Part shown: positions 11,634 to 24,930 of the stretch, one piece after another | Numbering within the stretch: position 1 is the stretch's first letter | Layout of the letters: every line of letters begins with the position of its first letter | Source: Lepidodermella squamata | Lineage: Eukaryota; Animalia; Gastrotricha | Assembly: GCA_047495785.1 (NCBI GenBank) | Contig: JBLDXI010000028.1 | Coordinates: 1,240,001 to 1,304,000 of the forward strand | Length of the DNA stretch: 64,000 nucleotides | Direction: 5' to 3' | Notes under the pieces: generated by a model | What the model saw: the letters and a program-made list of their open reading frames with translations, nothing else | What the model was told of the DNA's origin: nothing | The model's database searches: none | Translations under genes and position numbers: made by a program

Positions 11634-14600
11634 ATGAGTCACGTGCACGAGGGACCCATCGCCTCGTATAATAGTTTGCACGATGGTCATTTAGCATCTT
11701 ATTTTGGTAACAATCGGATCCGCAAGCATCTGGTTAAGCAAGGATTGGTAATAAATTCATAAACTTGTTTGTTCTCCGCATTGATGCTTGGTTTCCAACA
11801 GATCACACGAGATGGCCGCTTAGTATCTGAAGAGCAATATCGCATCCAGTTGGCTCGGCGAGAGCACAAGAGAGCTATCAAAGACATGATCTCACAAGCA
11901 ATCGTCCATCGGACGCTGGAAGTTGAACGTCAGCGGCAAGCTGAAATAAAAAAGAAGCTGGAGGAAATTGCCAAACTTGAGCTAGTAAAACGCGTCAGGG
12001 TAAGTGGCGATTTCTTTCGCTTTTTTCTCAATAACATGCAAGGTCTATGTAACTTTTATATTTTTGGTAGGCGAGTCGCGGCAGACGGGGAGATGAAGAA
12101 GTTCTTCAGTTCCTGCTTCCTTTGCCGTCCAACGAGAGGAGAGCTAAAACCGCTGGTCGCCGATGCGCGTGTGGTGAGACAGAAGAACCCGAAGAGTTCT
12201 TGACGCCCACGGAAGCTGGACAAGAAGAGAACTACACTCGTGACCGAAATTTCGATTGCTTTTCTCATCTACGGCGGAAGTCTGGCAAATCTGCTTACCC
12301 TAAAGAAAGAATAGAAATGCAACATTGGACTAACCTTGACCGCAACGCTCTCGAGGAATATAACGATACAATTCGTGAAGAAGATACCCTTCCTGCTCTA
12401 GCTCCTTATAATGACCCAGAGTTGCGGAAACATCGCCAGAGATCGACATCTCCAAAGAGGCGAATGAACCGGTTGGCGATGCCAATGGGACGTGCTTCAA
12501 GTTTACATCGACCGGGATCACTTGTTGTTCTACATGAAGCTAAAGTCAAGTCATTGTGCGAAGTCACAATGAGGTTCTTGGGAACTGGCCCCAGTAGTGG
12601 TCCAGCATCGGCTCTTCATGAGGTCAACATCGATCAACAACACTGCGGTGGTAATACATTAACGGTTTTCAGAGGGAAGCTCTCTGAAGGAGGTAAAATG
12701 CTTTTAAGATTAAACAGTTTCCGGTTTTAAAACTCGATTTTCAGATGTTTTCACTTTCGTTTCGCGGCGTCACCTGGATTTCCCATTTAGTCTTACCATT
12801 TATGTCGACGGCAAAGTCGACTGTAGAATTTCAACTTGTTGTGAATTTAAACATCGCCTGGGCCAAAAAATTGGCGGACCTCACGGTCATTTCCGGTATC
12901 AAGAAGTTCGCGGCGGCGCTGCTTGCTTCAAATGCCAAACCGAAACCAAGCGGCGGGAGCCGAAAGACGAAAGCGAGGGTGAATCATTGGAAGAAGAGCC
13001 CGTCAAACCGCGCGGAAAGAAAAAGGTGGTGCGAAAAATCAGGCGTACTGAAGTAGTGGAGGAACCACCAGAAGTCCCCGCGACTACGCCTAGCTCAACA
13101 AATAGGCAACAAGTTGTTGTACGAATGCCCGATGAAGAACCGCCAACTCAGGCGTTACTTCGAACGAAATCAGCCCCAGCACCGTCCAGTGAAACAACCA
13201 CTACCACGAAAAGCGTCAGAATCGTCACAACTTCCAAATCTAGCACTAAAAAGTCAAACGATGGAAACAACAAAGGTGGAAGCAGTGATTCAGGTAATTT
13301 GTTTACTCAATCAGTTCGTACTCAAATTTCAGTTTTTACTTTTATCCGTTGGGCAGATGAATAATGTTCTTGGCTGGCTTTCATTTTCAAAAAAGAACTT
13401 ATTAACCAATAAATTTGCATAATTTAACATTGCTTACGAAATTAGCACTGATTTCGCTTATTAATGCACGTTCTCTTAACTAACGTATAGATGAACCCGA
13501 TAACCGTTCTGTTGCGATTGCCGTGTCTCCTGTTAACGAGCCTAACCCTCATCATCAGCAGATTCGGCCTCAACCTCCACAAGCGCCGAAACCACCCGTT
13601 CGGAGCCATCAACCGGCTCCTAATAGCAAAGTTGTAGAACAAAGCAATAGCGGTTTGCTAGCAACGTTAACGCAAGAAGAAAACGTTACAAAAACTGAAA
13701 GTTCAACGACTGTGATAATCAAACTTCCTAATAAACTCGGTTCTGAAGAACCGTCTAGCCCTAAGCAAACCCCACCGAAAATGCCTCCGCTCAACTTAGC
13801 GGCTCCAAGTGGTGCGAATTCTAAAAAACGAGATGAAATTGCGGTCGAGGAGGTGCGAACTCCTTCGAATCAACCAACACCTATTCAATCGCCACCTGTA
13901 TCACCCTATCAAAGTAACACAAATTTGAATGAAGCTAAACCGAACGATTTGAAACCACCAAATTCGCCTCAACAACCTCCAGCAGCGTCTAGCAGCCGGG
14001 CTTCATCTAATATGAAGAAGAGCGTTTCTTTCAACGAAGTCCGCGAGGAACGGCAAATCAGTGATGATGAGCGGCAGTCACCAGAGCTGAGCGACCGGCG
14101 GCCTGTAAATGTTGAGCCGGAGAAAACTTCGCCGAAATTTGAAGTCGACGATGATGAAGAGGACGATCCAAATGCGGTTGCTAATCACGAAGCTGCCTTA
14201 GCGCTGGAGGATCAAGCTAAAGGTGAGAAATACATTCATTTTCCAGCTCGTTATTTGATTTCGGTTTCTCGTAACAGCTAAGAGTAAATACTTTCACAGT
14301 CACGGTAATGACAGAAAATCTTCCCAAGCTTTGAATATTGTCAAGTCTTAATCGGTAGCTGCAATACATAAAAGGCTTACAATAGGATTCTATCTATTAG
14401 GAAAATTTTCATCTTGCTCGTGAAGGATACCGCTAAATTTAAATTTCCTATAAATATTGTCCACGTAGCTCACACATTATTCAAAATAGAAATTTCGTCA
14501 ATGTCAACCTCGCTTTTCAGTTTATTAGACCCAAAGTTAGACGTAGAAGAAGTTTGATTCTAATCATTTGAAAATTCCTAATAAATTACCACCAAATTTT

Positions 14601-15761
14601 CGGTAATTTTTAGTTCAAGGCCCATCGTCAAGTTGAGAACGCAAAATAACAAGATTATTCGATAATTAATTTTTTAATAGCGCGCAATGGAAATATTTAA
14701 AAGATTATCTTTCTGTTGAAATTCGAGATGCTGGTTTTTCTCGAATTTTTCCAAAATAGTTTAAATGGTTCTAAATAATATAGCTGCTGATTGGTTCACG
14801 AGCTTTATTCTTTGCCATGCCAACCAATTAAAAATGTCTTTTCCAATTTCTTTTATCAGCTGTTGAGGACAAAACGCCTTTCTTGCAACCCGAATCAACG
14901 GTTCTAGACATCAACAAGCGGCAGTTGAACGATCGGCAAGTTCGGCGGCTGTGCGCTGAAATATTGAACAGCAACCGGTTAGAAAAAATCGTCATCCGCG
15001 AATCTGGCCTCAACGACGGGATGGTGCAGCGAATTTGCGACGCACTTCAACACTCGTCGAATTCAATACGCCTGTTGTGCTTAAACCTGAATGCAATAAG
15101 CGCGGCCGGCATTGTTCACGTCGTGCAGCTGCTTCACGCCAAGCCGTCGATTAAAATGTTGCTGTTGTACGGAAATCCGCTCGGCGACAACGGCATGGCG
15201 GCGCTTGTCGACGGCATTTTCGGCGAGCTGCCGGAAGATTTGACCGCGCAACTCGCCGCACAGGGCATCAACCTACCCGGCGGCGCGACGGAAGACGAAC
15301 CAGTTCGTACAACCCTCACGCATCTCGACATTGGCGAGATTGGCATCAGCTCGGCCGGGGCGATAAAATTTTCGAAACTCCTCGAACGCCTGCCCTCGCT
15401 GCGCGTCCTCAACTTGGGCGGAAATCACAACGTCGGTCTTGAGGGCTGGAGTGCGATTTCGAAATCTCTCGCCGACAAGTCTTACCCGGCTAAATTGTGC
15501 CTTAGCCATTGCAGACTCGGCAATAAGTGCACGGCCGAACTTGCGACGTGCCTTCGCACCAATTCCGGGGTTGAAAATATTGACCTTGAAGGGTGCGGAA
15601 TCGGCGAGGAGGGCGGCCGGGCCTTATTGGACTTCGTTGAATCTCAGCCACCTAAACTGGAAAATATCGTTCTAACTGATAACAGAATTCCGGAACGGCT
15701 TATCGATCGCATTGAAGACGAGCTGCGAAAGTTACGGGGCGAGGATGATGAAGATGATTAG
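11634..15761 (+). CDS. ERICH3: ERICH3-like (DUF4590) protein with a predicted C-terminal RI-like LRR domain; exons 11634-11747, 11802-11999, 12071-12692, 12745-13293, 13491-14222, 14860-15761
   Basis: N-terminus MSHVHEGPIASYNSLHDGHLASYFGNNRIRKHLVKQGLITRDGR and DUF4590 QQHCGGNTL...RRHLDFPFSLTIYVDG...STCCEFKHR...ACFKC are diagnostic. All introns are GT-AG and in frame. Inclusion of the LRR exon is inferred from splice phase. Confidence 0.85.
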
Positions 15762-15782
15762 CTTAAAAAATTTCGTGATCTG

Positions 15783-15879
15783 CAGGGCTGGAAATTGCGT
15801 ATTTTTAATGCAAAATTAAAAAATTAATTTGTTATTTCATAATTGTCCCATTAAATCGAAAAAACGCATTTTCCAGCCC
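15783..15879. mobile_element. ~100 bp MITE-like inverted-repeat element
   Basis: Ends CAGGGCTGGAAATTGCGT ... ACGCATTTTCCAGCCC; a similar CAGGGCTGGAAAT end recurs at 25383. Confidence 0.5.
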
Positions 15880-17135
15880 ACCGTTGCTTGAATTTTTGCC
15901 GATAATGAAATTATTATGAATCTAAAATTTTATTTTTGATACACCATGGCACTTAACTATCAATTTATTGTTGCATTATTCAATATTTTCGATTTTCTTC
16001 TCGACATTATTTTTTTACGAGTAGATTTGATGGTTTTAGATACTAATGTTATATCGTATTTTCTCGCTTTTCAATAATAGCATTATTATTGTGATGGTGT
16101 GTGGCAGACGGAATGATTGTTTCAACTTCCTGCCATTCATCTGCTGCTTTGCAAATATCTCGAACGAAAATGAAATTTCACGTCGGCTTTTGAGCGTGTG
16201 ACTGAAAATCGATGTTTGTCTGTTGTTACTTACGATGCAAAACGCGAAAAAAATATACAACCAACTATGATAGGGTGCACACACGTGGACCGAAATCCGG
16301 CGTATACTGTTGATGATGATCGGAGACAATAATAATAATTACGATTAATAAAATACACCACTTGAGTGATTTTTCCGCGTTTTTATTTTTCAATTAATTT
16401 AATCGATTAATCTGGTGATAATAAACTTTTTGTTACTTCATTTCAGCGGTGCACAGCGGAGATTTTAGAAGGGGCGAAATTTCGCTACGTTGTCATGTTG
16501 TCTGATTATTTTTTTATACTCCATCTGCTGATAATAGCGAACTACGTAGCATAAAGGTGTATGATCGAGTAGAAAAAGCCGTACACAGCAAAAGCGCCAT
16601 AAAAATCATCGCTACGGAGTAATACCGAAGAAAAGCAACGCACGCAAACTCAAGTAAATAGCATCGAATAGCAATAATATTGCGGTATTTATCATCATCG
16701 TAATAGTATTTATTAAAAAGCACAATTCGCTTCGCTAGAGAGAATAGATGAGCACAGAATCGTATACAACTTTTTGCGTATTTTATTCAGAAGCACACAT
16801 TTTTTCGTTTCAGCACGTAAGAAAACGATTAAAGCACCATGCATGATTATATGTAATAATTAAAAGGGTGATCAGCAAAACACTCGGTTAGAACAGTTCG
16901 AAGACTCGAATCTAAGGAGAAATTTTCGATATGATAAAAAAAGAAAACACAAGAGCAGCTATTCCGGGCAAGTGATTTCGCCGTTTTGCAGTAATAAGCT
17001 CGATTGAAAATGCATAAATTATCTCAGCTGAGTTGTCGATTAAATTTCAATAAATTTCAGTTGCTGCTCGAAACGAGAGCAATCAAGGCGCGAGAGGGTC
17101 ACAAATGTTACAGTTTTTTTTCCCGGAAAATTTTT

Positions 17136-18661
17136 CTAGCTGTTGATATCCGTCGGCAAAGAGACGATTTTCCGCGTCTTCGTGTTGAAAGTCGTTTTGA
17201 ACTGCTCAGGGATGTTGATTTCGACGAAATCACCATCAGCAGCATCATCGCTGGCAGGCACGTGCAGGTTAAAAGCTGAAGTTTTCGCGTGGACAATCTC
17301 AACACCAAGCGAGTCCTTGCTAATATATAGTTGACAACCATCAGTTTTATCGACGTTAACCGTCGGTACAGAGCCAAGAATTTGACCAGACACGTTCCGG
17401 CTGTTGATGAACTCAAGGGTTGAAAGTAAGCTGTCGCACAGAACGCCGACTTTATCTGAATTATCAATGATAACGGAGCTGAGCTTTCCACGAACAACCA
17501 CAGTGCAGTCTTTGCAGTCGAAAATGTAGACGCTCTCTTTCAAGTTACCGGCCTCGATTTCCAAATCGTGACGGCCGCGTTGGTGCTCAACGCGCCAACG
17601 CTTCTCTTCCAGTTTAAAAACTGGTGTTTTCACCTTCGGCGCTGTGTTCTCTTGCTTTGAAGACGATTCATTGCCACTTTGTACGCTTTTAAACGGCCGA
17701 GGGCCAAGGCTTGTTTGCTCCTTGAGAGATGGATTTTTGTGAGTTTTCAACTCATCAGGGACTTTCTTAAGGCCAGCCGTAATTTTCTCGCCTTTGGTCA
17801 ATTCAGCAAATAGGGCAGCACGGTCTAGAGTAGGACCTTTATTACCAGAATTGGGCGCCGGTGCGCCTGGAGGAGGCGGGGGTGGTGGGGCAGGTGGGCC
17901 ACCAGGCTTGGTAGCAGAAGATGGTTTTGGAGGCAACGTTGGCTTCTGAGCAGGTGAGGCTGCAGCCGGAGCACCGCCGGCAGCGTTCCACTTGATACCT
18001 TTCGCGTAGTTTTTAAGCACGTATTGATGCAGTTTTGTCATCACAGCTTTCCATGCATTGGCCCATTCGACATGAGAGTCATTTCTGAAAGCATGAACAC
18101 TTTATAACCACTAAATCGAAGATGGATATTGCAAACGTACTTTCCCTTATGCTCCACGAGAACTTTGTTAAGGAAAAATTGGCCCGAATCACTCATTTCC
18201 TTGACAAACGTTGATGGCTTGTTGGGATCGCATACCCACCCCAGGGCAGGGATGGCTTCGCTAACAGCACTCAAGTGATTGTAGTAAGGACTTGTTCGTT
18301 TAGATTCGCGAAGCTTTTGAATTTTGCTAATTTGGTCCGATGTCGGTTGTAACATCTTCTGCAATCCATTTGCATCAGGCTGATGTGTTGTCAGCGTCAA
18401 CGCGAGAAATTCACTTTGCGCGGCAAAAGCGCTCTTGACACTGGTGGCCTTTAAATAGAAGAATTTCAATAAATACGACCTCGCCGCAAGTGATAGCTCA
18501 CCTGTTCATGAATATCACCGCCCATCTTCTCACTTGCGCTGATGAAAGCAGCCACCTCAGTGGACAATATTGCTTTATATTCGGCAACAGTAGGTGCATC
18601 TGGGCACATAGAAATAATAAAACAAGCACAATAAAATGTCAGCGCATGACTTACCTGCCAT
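17136..18661 (-). CDS. CAP1: Adenylyl cyclase-associated protein (CAP/Srv2); exons 18661-18655, 18599-18502, 18448-18141, 18084-17136
   Basis: Helical folded domain (YYNHLSAVSEAIPALGWV), polyproline, WH2 (DRAALFAELTKGEKITAGLKKV), CARP beta-helix (VPTVNVDKTDGCQLYISKDSL...PEQFKT). Confidence 0.93.
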
Positions 18662-19380
18662 TTTTTAAATTACACGCAATAGGTAAGCACCTAAACAGAA
18701 CAGAAGAATTTAGATAAAATGCAGGTATAGGTTATCCAGATATATATGCTAGCACATCGACTGACTTCCTAATCAAGAAGTTTGAAATACTAGTTAAATC
18801 AGAGGGCATTCAGCGCTGCAAGCCCATTTTTATACCAGGTGGTGAATCACAAAATGGTTACGCTTATTCATCGGCTGAAACTAGAATAACTTCTACGCGT
18901 TGATTGAACGCAAGACATGAATGCTACCAGACGAAACAATAGAAAAAAACGTTAGATGTAAATAGACGAGCAAGTCCAACTCCTAACGAACCCACCCCAG
19001 CCGGCATATACACTATGATGCGTATTAAGAAAAGTATCTCAAGAAAAGCTTCTTATTTTCCTGATTTGCATAAATGCTAATTGAAAAAGGGTAGCAACAG
19101 TAGTGCTTTATTTATATAAAAATTATACATTTATATTTATTATTTTTATATATTTTTAGACATATGACCTTGAAGCAATGCTTGCTTAGAAACGGCGCGC
19201 AAATCTTTCATTTATAATTCAAATCGGTCGATTTCCCCTTTGGAACCCACTTCACACCCCTGAATTCATTTATTATTCAAAGTTCAAATACAATGTCAAT
19301 TAGGATTTCCATGTTGCTGTAAAAAGGTGTGTCTTGAAGATAGGTGTTTAGATTGTTACCTGCTTACTTGATTTTTTATT

Positions 19381-21133
19381 ATGTTGTCAGGCTCGAAAAT
19401 TGCTGGCTCCAACATGCCGCATACTAGAAAGAGGGCCTCCTTGCAGCCCCGCTTTCTAATAGAGTCAACCGTCAATGGACCTATGAACGTTCGAGCAAAA
19501 GTGAGAGGCTCCTCAAAGAAACTTCCAGCTGATATACAAATATTCCGACTCATGGGGAACACTGTCGCCAATAGTGCTCAGGAATATCCGTTGTTGTTTC
19601 CGGATTTTGTTTCTCGATTTATCTCTACCAACGGAGATGACAACGATTCCTCGACGGAGACAAAATTGAAATCATGGAAGATGCTATCTGAATTCAATCA
19701 GTTTAAACAGCAGCAGAATCACCAATTGTCAGATCAGTCTGTGGAGAGCATATCTCAACACATAGTTGCTGAGACAATTCAAGAATCGAAAACCCTGCCG
19801 CAGATGACAGAGTCCTCCTCGTCTACCAGTCTTTCATCGTTCCTTAATTCTGCAACATTAGGTGAGTCAAATAATTACAATTGAATTTTGAGCTGCCTTC
19901 CTAATTCATTTTCATTCAGACCATCGGAATACACAGCAGTTGATAGCATTTGCTCAGTCAAAAGTTTCTGGAAGTCACAAAAAGCTCATGAGTAGAAGCA
20001 TTTCAACTAAAGACACTGCGATACTTTCACCCACGCTCGCCGTTGGAGGAAAAGCTTTGGCGTCTCAATCACGCCCTACTACACCGGGAAGTGTCATGCC
20101 TGTCGTACGCGGAATTACTGCAAATCGCTCCAACTCAATATCAGCTTCGACGGCGCCTCCTGTTTCAAAGTCTTTGAATACACAGGTTTATGCTCAGCTA
20201 TTGAACTCGGCTCCGCCGTTATTGTCGCCAGGTTCAATGCAGAATGGAAATGGCCTGTTGTCTCATAAACCAATATTGAATCCAGAACATTTGCAGCGTT
20301 CACTTCCTTCAGCGTCCTTCGTTAGCTCTGATCATCTGGCACCTTTGGTGGGCAATAGCAATTCAGTGATTGCTACTAATCAGACTAACGGCAGTGCAGT
20401 TTTAGTTAGCTATAGCAATCATAACACTGCTAACATAAGCAATGGTCACGCGAGCGCCCCATTGCCTAATACCCATAACAGCACTAGTCATTCAATTTCT
20501 AATGTTTCGAACGCTTATAACAGTACCGGTGCTGTCGTTGGTAACGCTGCTTCTCCTGTTATTCAGGTGTCGATTGGAATCAATACGAACCATAGCAATG
20601 CCACAAGTATCAGTGCTAGACAAAACATCTCAGCCGTTGCAGCGATGGCGTTTTCGCGGAATAGCCGCGTATCTAATTGCAACACGGCAAGATCAACGAA
20701 TTCAAATGCTGGAAAGAGCGTTCCGGCGACTGGAACGTCATCTCATCCTAATCTATCAGCTGCCTTGAAATATGCAGATCCATTTTTAGGCTTCAATAAC
20801 CCGAGTAGCAATTTGATGAACGAGTTGTTTCGTAAGAGAATGAACGAGATTTCTAGCTATGTTGATCAAACGATACGATTCGAGATGAGGAAGGCTAATC
20901 GCTTAGCTATGCATCGGTCGGTGACTGGTGGAGGTGGAATGCCGTTTCCCATGTCGTCCAGCTCTGCTAGTGCTTTGGGAATTTCCCAATCGCCGACCGT
21001 TAACACGCCTCTTGGGAAATATTTGCAACGAAACATGTCACCTATTGAACCAAGACGTAACATGAAACCAGGTGCCGAGGCTGAAAATCGCTCATCGGAC
21101 GAAGAGGAGGACGAAGATAGTGATACTTCATAA
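19381..21133 (+). CDS. Uncharacterised Ser/Asn-rich, largely disordered protein with a short C8orf89-like C-terminal motif; exons 19381-19861, 19920-21133
   Basis: Two long ORFs joined in frame by a 58-bp GT-AG intron; motif YADPFLG...FRKRMNEISSYVDQTIRFE. Confidence 0.7.
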
Positions 21134-21316
21134 TATTATATAACACGTTTTTCTTGTTTGTTTTGTCTGTGTCACAATTTTTGATGTTTATCGACCATGA
21201 GATTTATATTTTACTCGTTGTGTGATACCGGTAACACATGAGACTTTGCGTGCCTATGCAATGGTCAAAACTGGAGATTAAATTTTTCCTAATTTCATAT
21301 TTTTTTCTACTTAGAA

Positions 21317-23750
21317 ATGCCGTTAAAACCTGAAATTCGCGGGCTTTATTTGATGGCGATCAGAGCTTACGATTCTCGGCAGTACGAATCAGCTCTGCAA
21401 TATTTCACCTTGGCGCTACGGAAATATATCCGAACTCGATCTCCACGACATCAAAACCTTCTTTCAGATCCAATTTTACAAATTTTGACGATAAATTCAT
21501 GCGTTGTGCTGTGCCATATGCGAAATTTCTCCGACGCCTTCGTCTTGCTCAACGCGGCTTGCTTAACGGAAGAGCCGCTGCAATTCCTCGAAACCGTCCC
21601 TCAACAACTGGTGCCTATTGTTATCAAAATTGTCTCACTCGGCTATTTAGACAGATCAAGCGTTGAAACAACTGCCCTAGCCGCTAAATACCTTCATCTA
21701 ATTCGATTACACTATCAGCCTTTCATAACGAGGCAAATTCCGCCCGATGAAGGGGCGATGATTTTTCTGACCGAGTCGCATTTAATCGAAAAAACCAGTC
21801 AACCGGAAAGTTTATCAGCCTTCCACGCCGCTTTTCGGCTACTTCATCAAACTACAGATGGGTCTCATAAGCCGCAGATAAGGTCAAAATTTTACCCGTC
21901 AATCTCGGCCCTTTTATTGAAAATTTCGGCGGAATCGCCCGAACACGCTTGTTCGTTGTCGAAAGAGGAGCTAGACACCCTGCAGGCCATGTTAACCCCC
22001 TTGGATTTGTTGTGTTTCTTCAACATTTTGGGCAATTCTCACGCTGGAGCTGGTCGCAATTTGCTAGGCATTGAAGCACTTGAGAGGAGTCTAAACCTAT
22101 TGAATAGCGAACAAGTTGGTCCGGCTATAATTACAATCTCGGTCCAACATCGATTTTTACGCGGTTACTTGGATACGATGATATCAAATAACTTATCTAT
22201 TGTTTATCACATGTTGGACTCGAATCGCAGCTACAAGTGCCACTGGGAGTCGCTTTTAGCTGACGCAAAATCGATTGCCGATGGCTTGAATTCGAACGAA
22301 TCTATCAAAGCTCCGCCCATTTTGTGGATGTTGAGATACTTGATTTATTTCAATCAAAACGCACATTTCTCGCTAAATGGCGACTTCAGATCGGCGAGAC
22401 GCGGCTTTTCTTCGTTATATTCAAAAGGAGTCGCGAAGCTGGTGGAAAATTGCGGCAGATCGCTGGCCAATTGCGGCATTGAATTCATTCCAGATTTGTA
22501 CTTGGAACTGCTTGAAATTTTAGCCATGTTACAGGCGGCGCTGGGAAATTTCGACGAGTCTTGGCGCACTTTTCTAATATGTTTCGATGAAGTTGTGAAA
22601 GCTGGCGAGAAAATTCACAATTATGTGGCTAAACAGCTGTATTTAGCGAAATGCTACACTCGAATTGTCGATAAAATGGATAGATGCCACCCACCTTCGA
22701 AAACTCAAAATCGCGAATTCGATGAGGTAAATGTCTCAATTTTTTCAAATTTTAATATAATTATTATTAGTTATTTTGATGGAGTACGGATTTATTTGTT
22801 AATTTTTAGAAAAATTCAAAAAATCTGGAACGTCATACAAAGAAAATAGAACGTCTTAACCTAGTTTTTTGAATTTTCTTGATACATGTTTTTTCCTCTC
22901 TTTCAATTTTTTGCGTCAATAAAATAATTTAAGTGCATGTTTTTTTTCTCGTACAGATTCGCCGCTTGAGATTGCAAATAGCGGCTATTAACCCGGCGGA
23001 AGAAAAGACCGCCTCAGATGAAAAGGACACGGCACCTGTCACCTCGTCAATACTGCGAGGAGCCGCTGAAAATGTCGCCTCAGCACCTGAAAAACATCAC
23101 AACGACGCGTCACCGCGGCCACTTTTAGCAACATCATCGAGCTACAGCGATGCTGAACTCGTTACAAATGAATTCAAAAGCGCACTTCAAATGGACGGTA
23201 AATTTGATTTATATACCCGTTATATCCCATTGATGGGAAAATTAAGTGAACATCACGTGACTTAAGATATTGATAGCGTAAAAGAGGGAAAAGAGACGAT
23301 TCGATTGAGATATACACCCAGAATTCTTTTTTCCAAGTCAAATCTCTGACTTGGTGAAATTTCGAATTTTTTTACGTGATTTGAGCCATATGCGAAATGA
23401 AAGAGCAAACTTGGGCCTTTCGATTGGTATATGGCTCTAAAATACATTTTCGGAAATTTAATTATCGTTTTTTTTAATTTCTTTCAATAGATAAATCAGG
23501 TCAAAAGGTGAAGAAGCGCAAAAAAACACGTACGCTTATTCAACGCGTGTTCTCATCTATGCCGCCTTCAATGACGAACCGCGTCAAGTCGAGCCCGTAC
23601 TACGCGTCTTACTCTGACATAACCATGCAGTTGGCTCGGCAAAAATCGGCCCAAAACAAGGCGCAAATGCAGCGCACAGCGAAACGCGCCGCTTTCGCCT
23701 CAATGTCCCTCGCCGATTTTCAACTTCTTTCAGCGTCCCTTCGCTCATAG
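21317..23750 (+). CDS. Uncharacterised TPR-like alpha-helical protein; exons 21317-22726, 22957-23197, 23491-23750
   Basis: 470-codon first exon with TPR-like repeats (AYDSRQYESALQYFTLAL; NILGNSHAGAGRNLLGIEALERSL; ILAMLQAALGNFDES); in-frame GT-AG introns. Confidence 0.7.
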
Positions 23751-24815
23751 AACGTTATTGTAGTAGTAGTGGTGGTTTTTTACACCCAATATTATGTGCA
23801 ATTTTTTCCCTCTCATCATTATAATTTATTTTTAGCCACTTGACATTTTTACAGCTAACGACGCAATATTTGATATTTTTTTTACGATTTTTTCTCGCGA
23901 CTCCTGTATAAAGATCGAAGTTGCCTGGGAACATTGTGCCATTAATGGCTCTAGTTTTCCACTTGAACGAAAACATTTTCGAACCTTTTGTTGGCTATAC
24001 TCGACGTTGATCCGTGCGCACGAAAATCGAGCGCGCGCGGCGGAAATGAATAATAAATGCGCAAGGAAATAAAAACGTACGATATACGTATACGCGTTAT
24101 TGTTGTAGCACATGTTTTAGTTTTGAAACAAAGACGCGGCTGCGGTGTTGAGTCAATGATTAGCCCGAATTCGAGCGTCCTCACCTACGTCAGAGTCGCG
24201 ACGGGCGACGGCGCAATTAGCGCCCGGATTCCGGGAGCAGGGCGAAGAGCGCCGTGTCCCAAGAAAGCGTTATTTTCTCAAATTTCGCAGCGTGTTTTGT
24301 TGTTGTTTACAAACCTATTGCGTCTTGAGTATTCGCCAAACTATCACTTCATCGCCTAATGTTGAGACAAAGACCTGAAAACGGATGCTGCTTAATGAGC
24401 TAGGCCGGAATAATAAGGAAACCGTGTCCCTGCTGAGAAAATTGAGAAGGAAAAACAGGCATTTGAATAATGACGTAGTGTATATTCAGCACCTCTAGAT
24501 TTCACGCGAAAATGGGCCGATTTCAACTTGGCGAAAGATCGAAGGTGACAAGGTAAAATCACCTATGAATAGCGAGTACCCAGGGCTATATGAAGATCTC
24601 GCGCGGGTGTCTGTGTTGTCGCTAAAAAAATAACCCCGAAGTTCGAAATGTCCGGGAAATTAGAAACCTTTTTGAATTCCCTGAAGGTATGAGTTAAAAT
24701 ACGATTTAGTTGTATTGGGATTTGACCGTGAATTTTCGGGTCAGTTTATCCGCTTGATTGAGCAAGCATTTCTCGTCACTATTGGGCTTACTCATTTTCA
24801 TGCCCATTATTATAG

Positions 24816-24930
24816 TTTCAGCTCAGCTGCGCGCTCCGCATCCTGCTTCTCCATCGCTCGCGTCATGCAAGTTTCTTGAATGGAGAAAATAACCGAAACT
24901 GAGTTTACACTTCGTGAATATTTCATGATT
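24816..24930 (-). pseudogene. Third, truncated and decayed copy of the CAND1 last exon 5' part and adjacent intron
   Basis: tttcagctcagctgcgcgctccgcatcctgcttc...cgcgtcatgcaagtttcttgaatggagaaaataaccgaaa aligns to ~37713-37810 with substitutions and a deletion. Confidence 0.85.

Noticed and set aside
15900-17135. Short ORFs between ERICH3-LRR and CAP
   Set aside because: AT-rich convergent 3' UTR region with no coding signal.
23755-24360. Several overlapping 70-100 aa ORFs, or a candidate distant CAP first exon
   Set aside because: No RLE motif, no recognisable domain and no consistent splice path; more likely promoter/UTR sequence.
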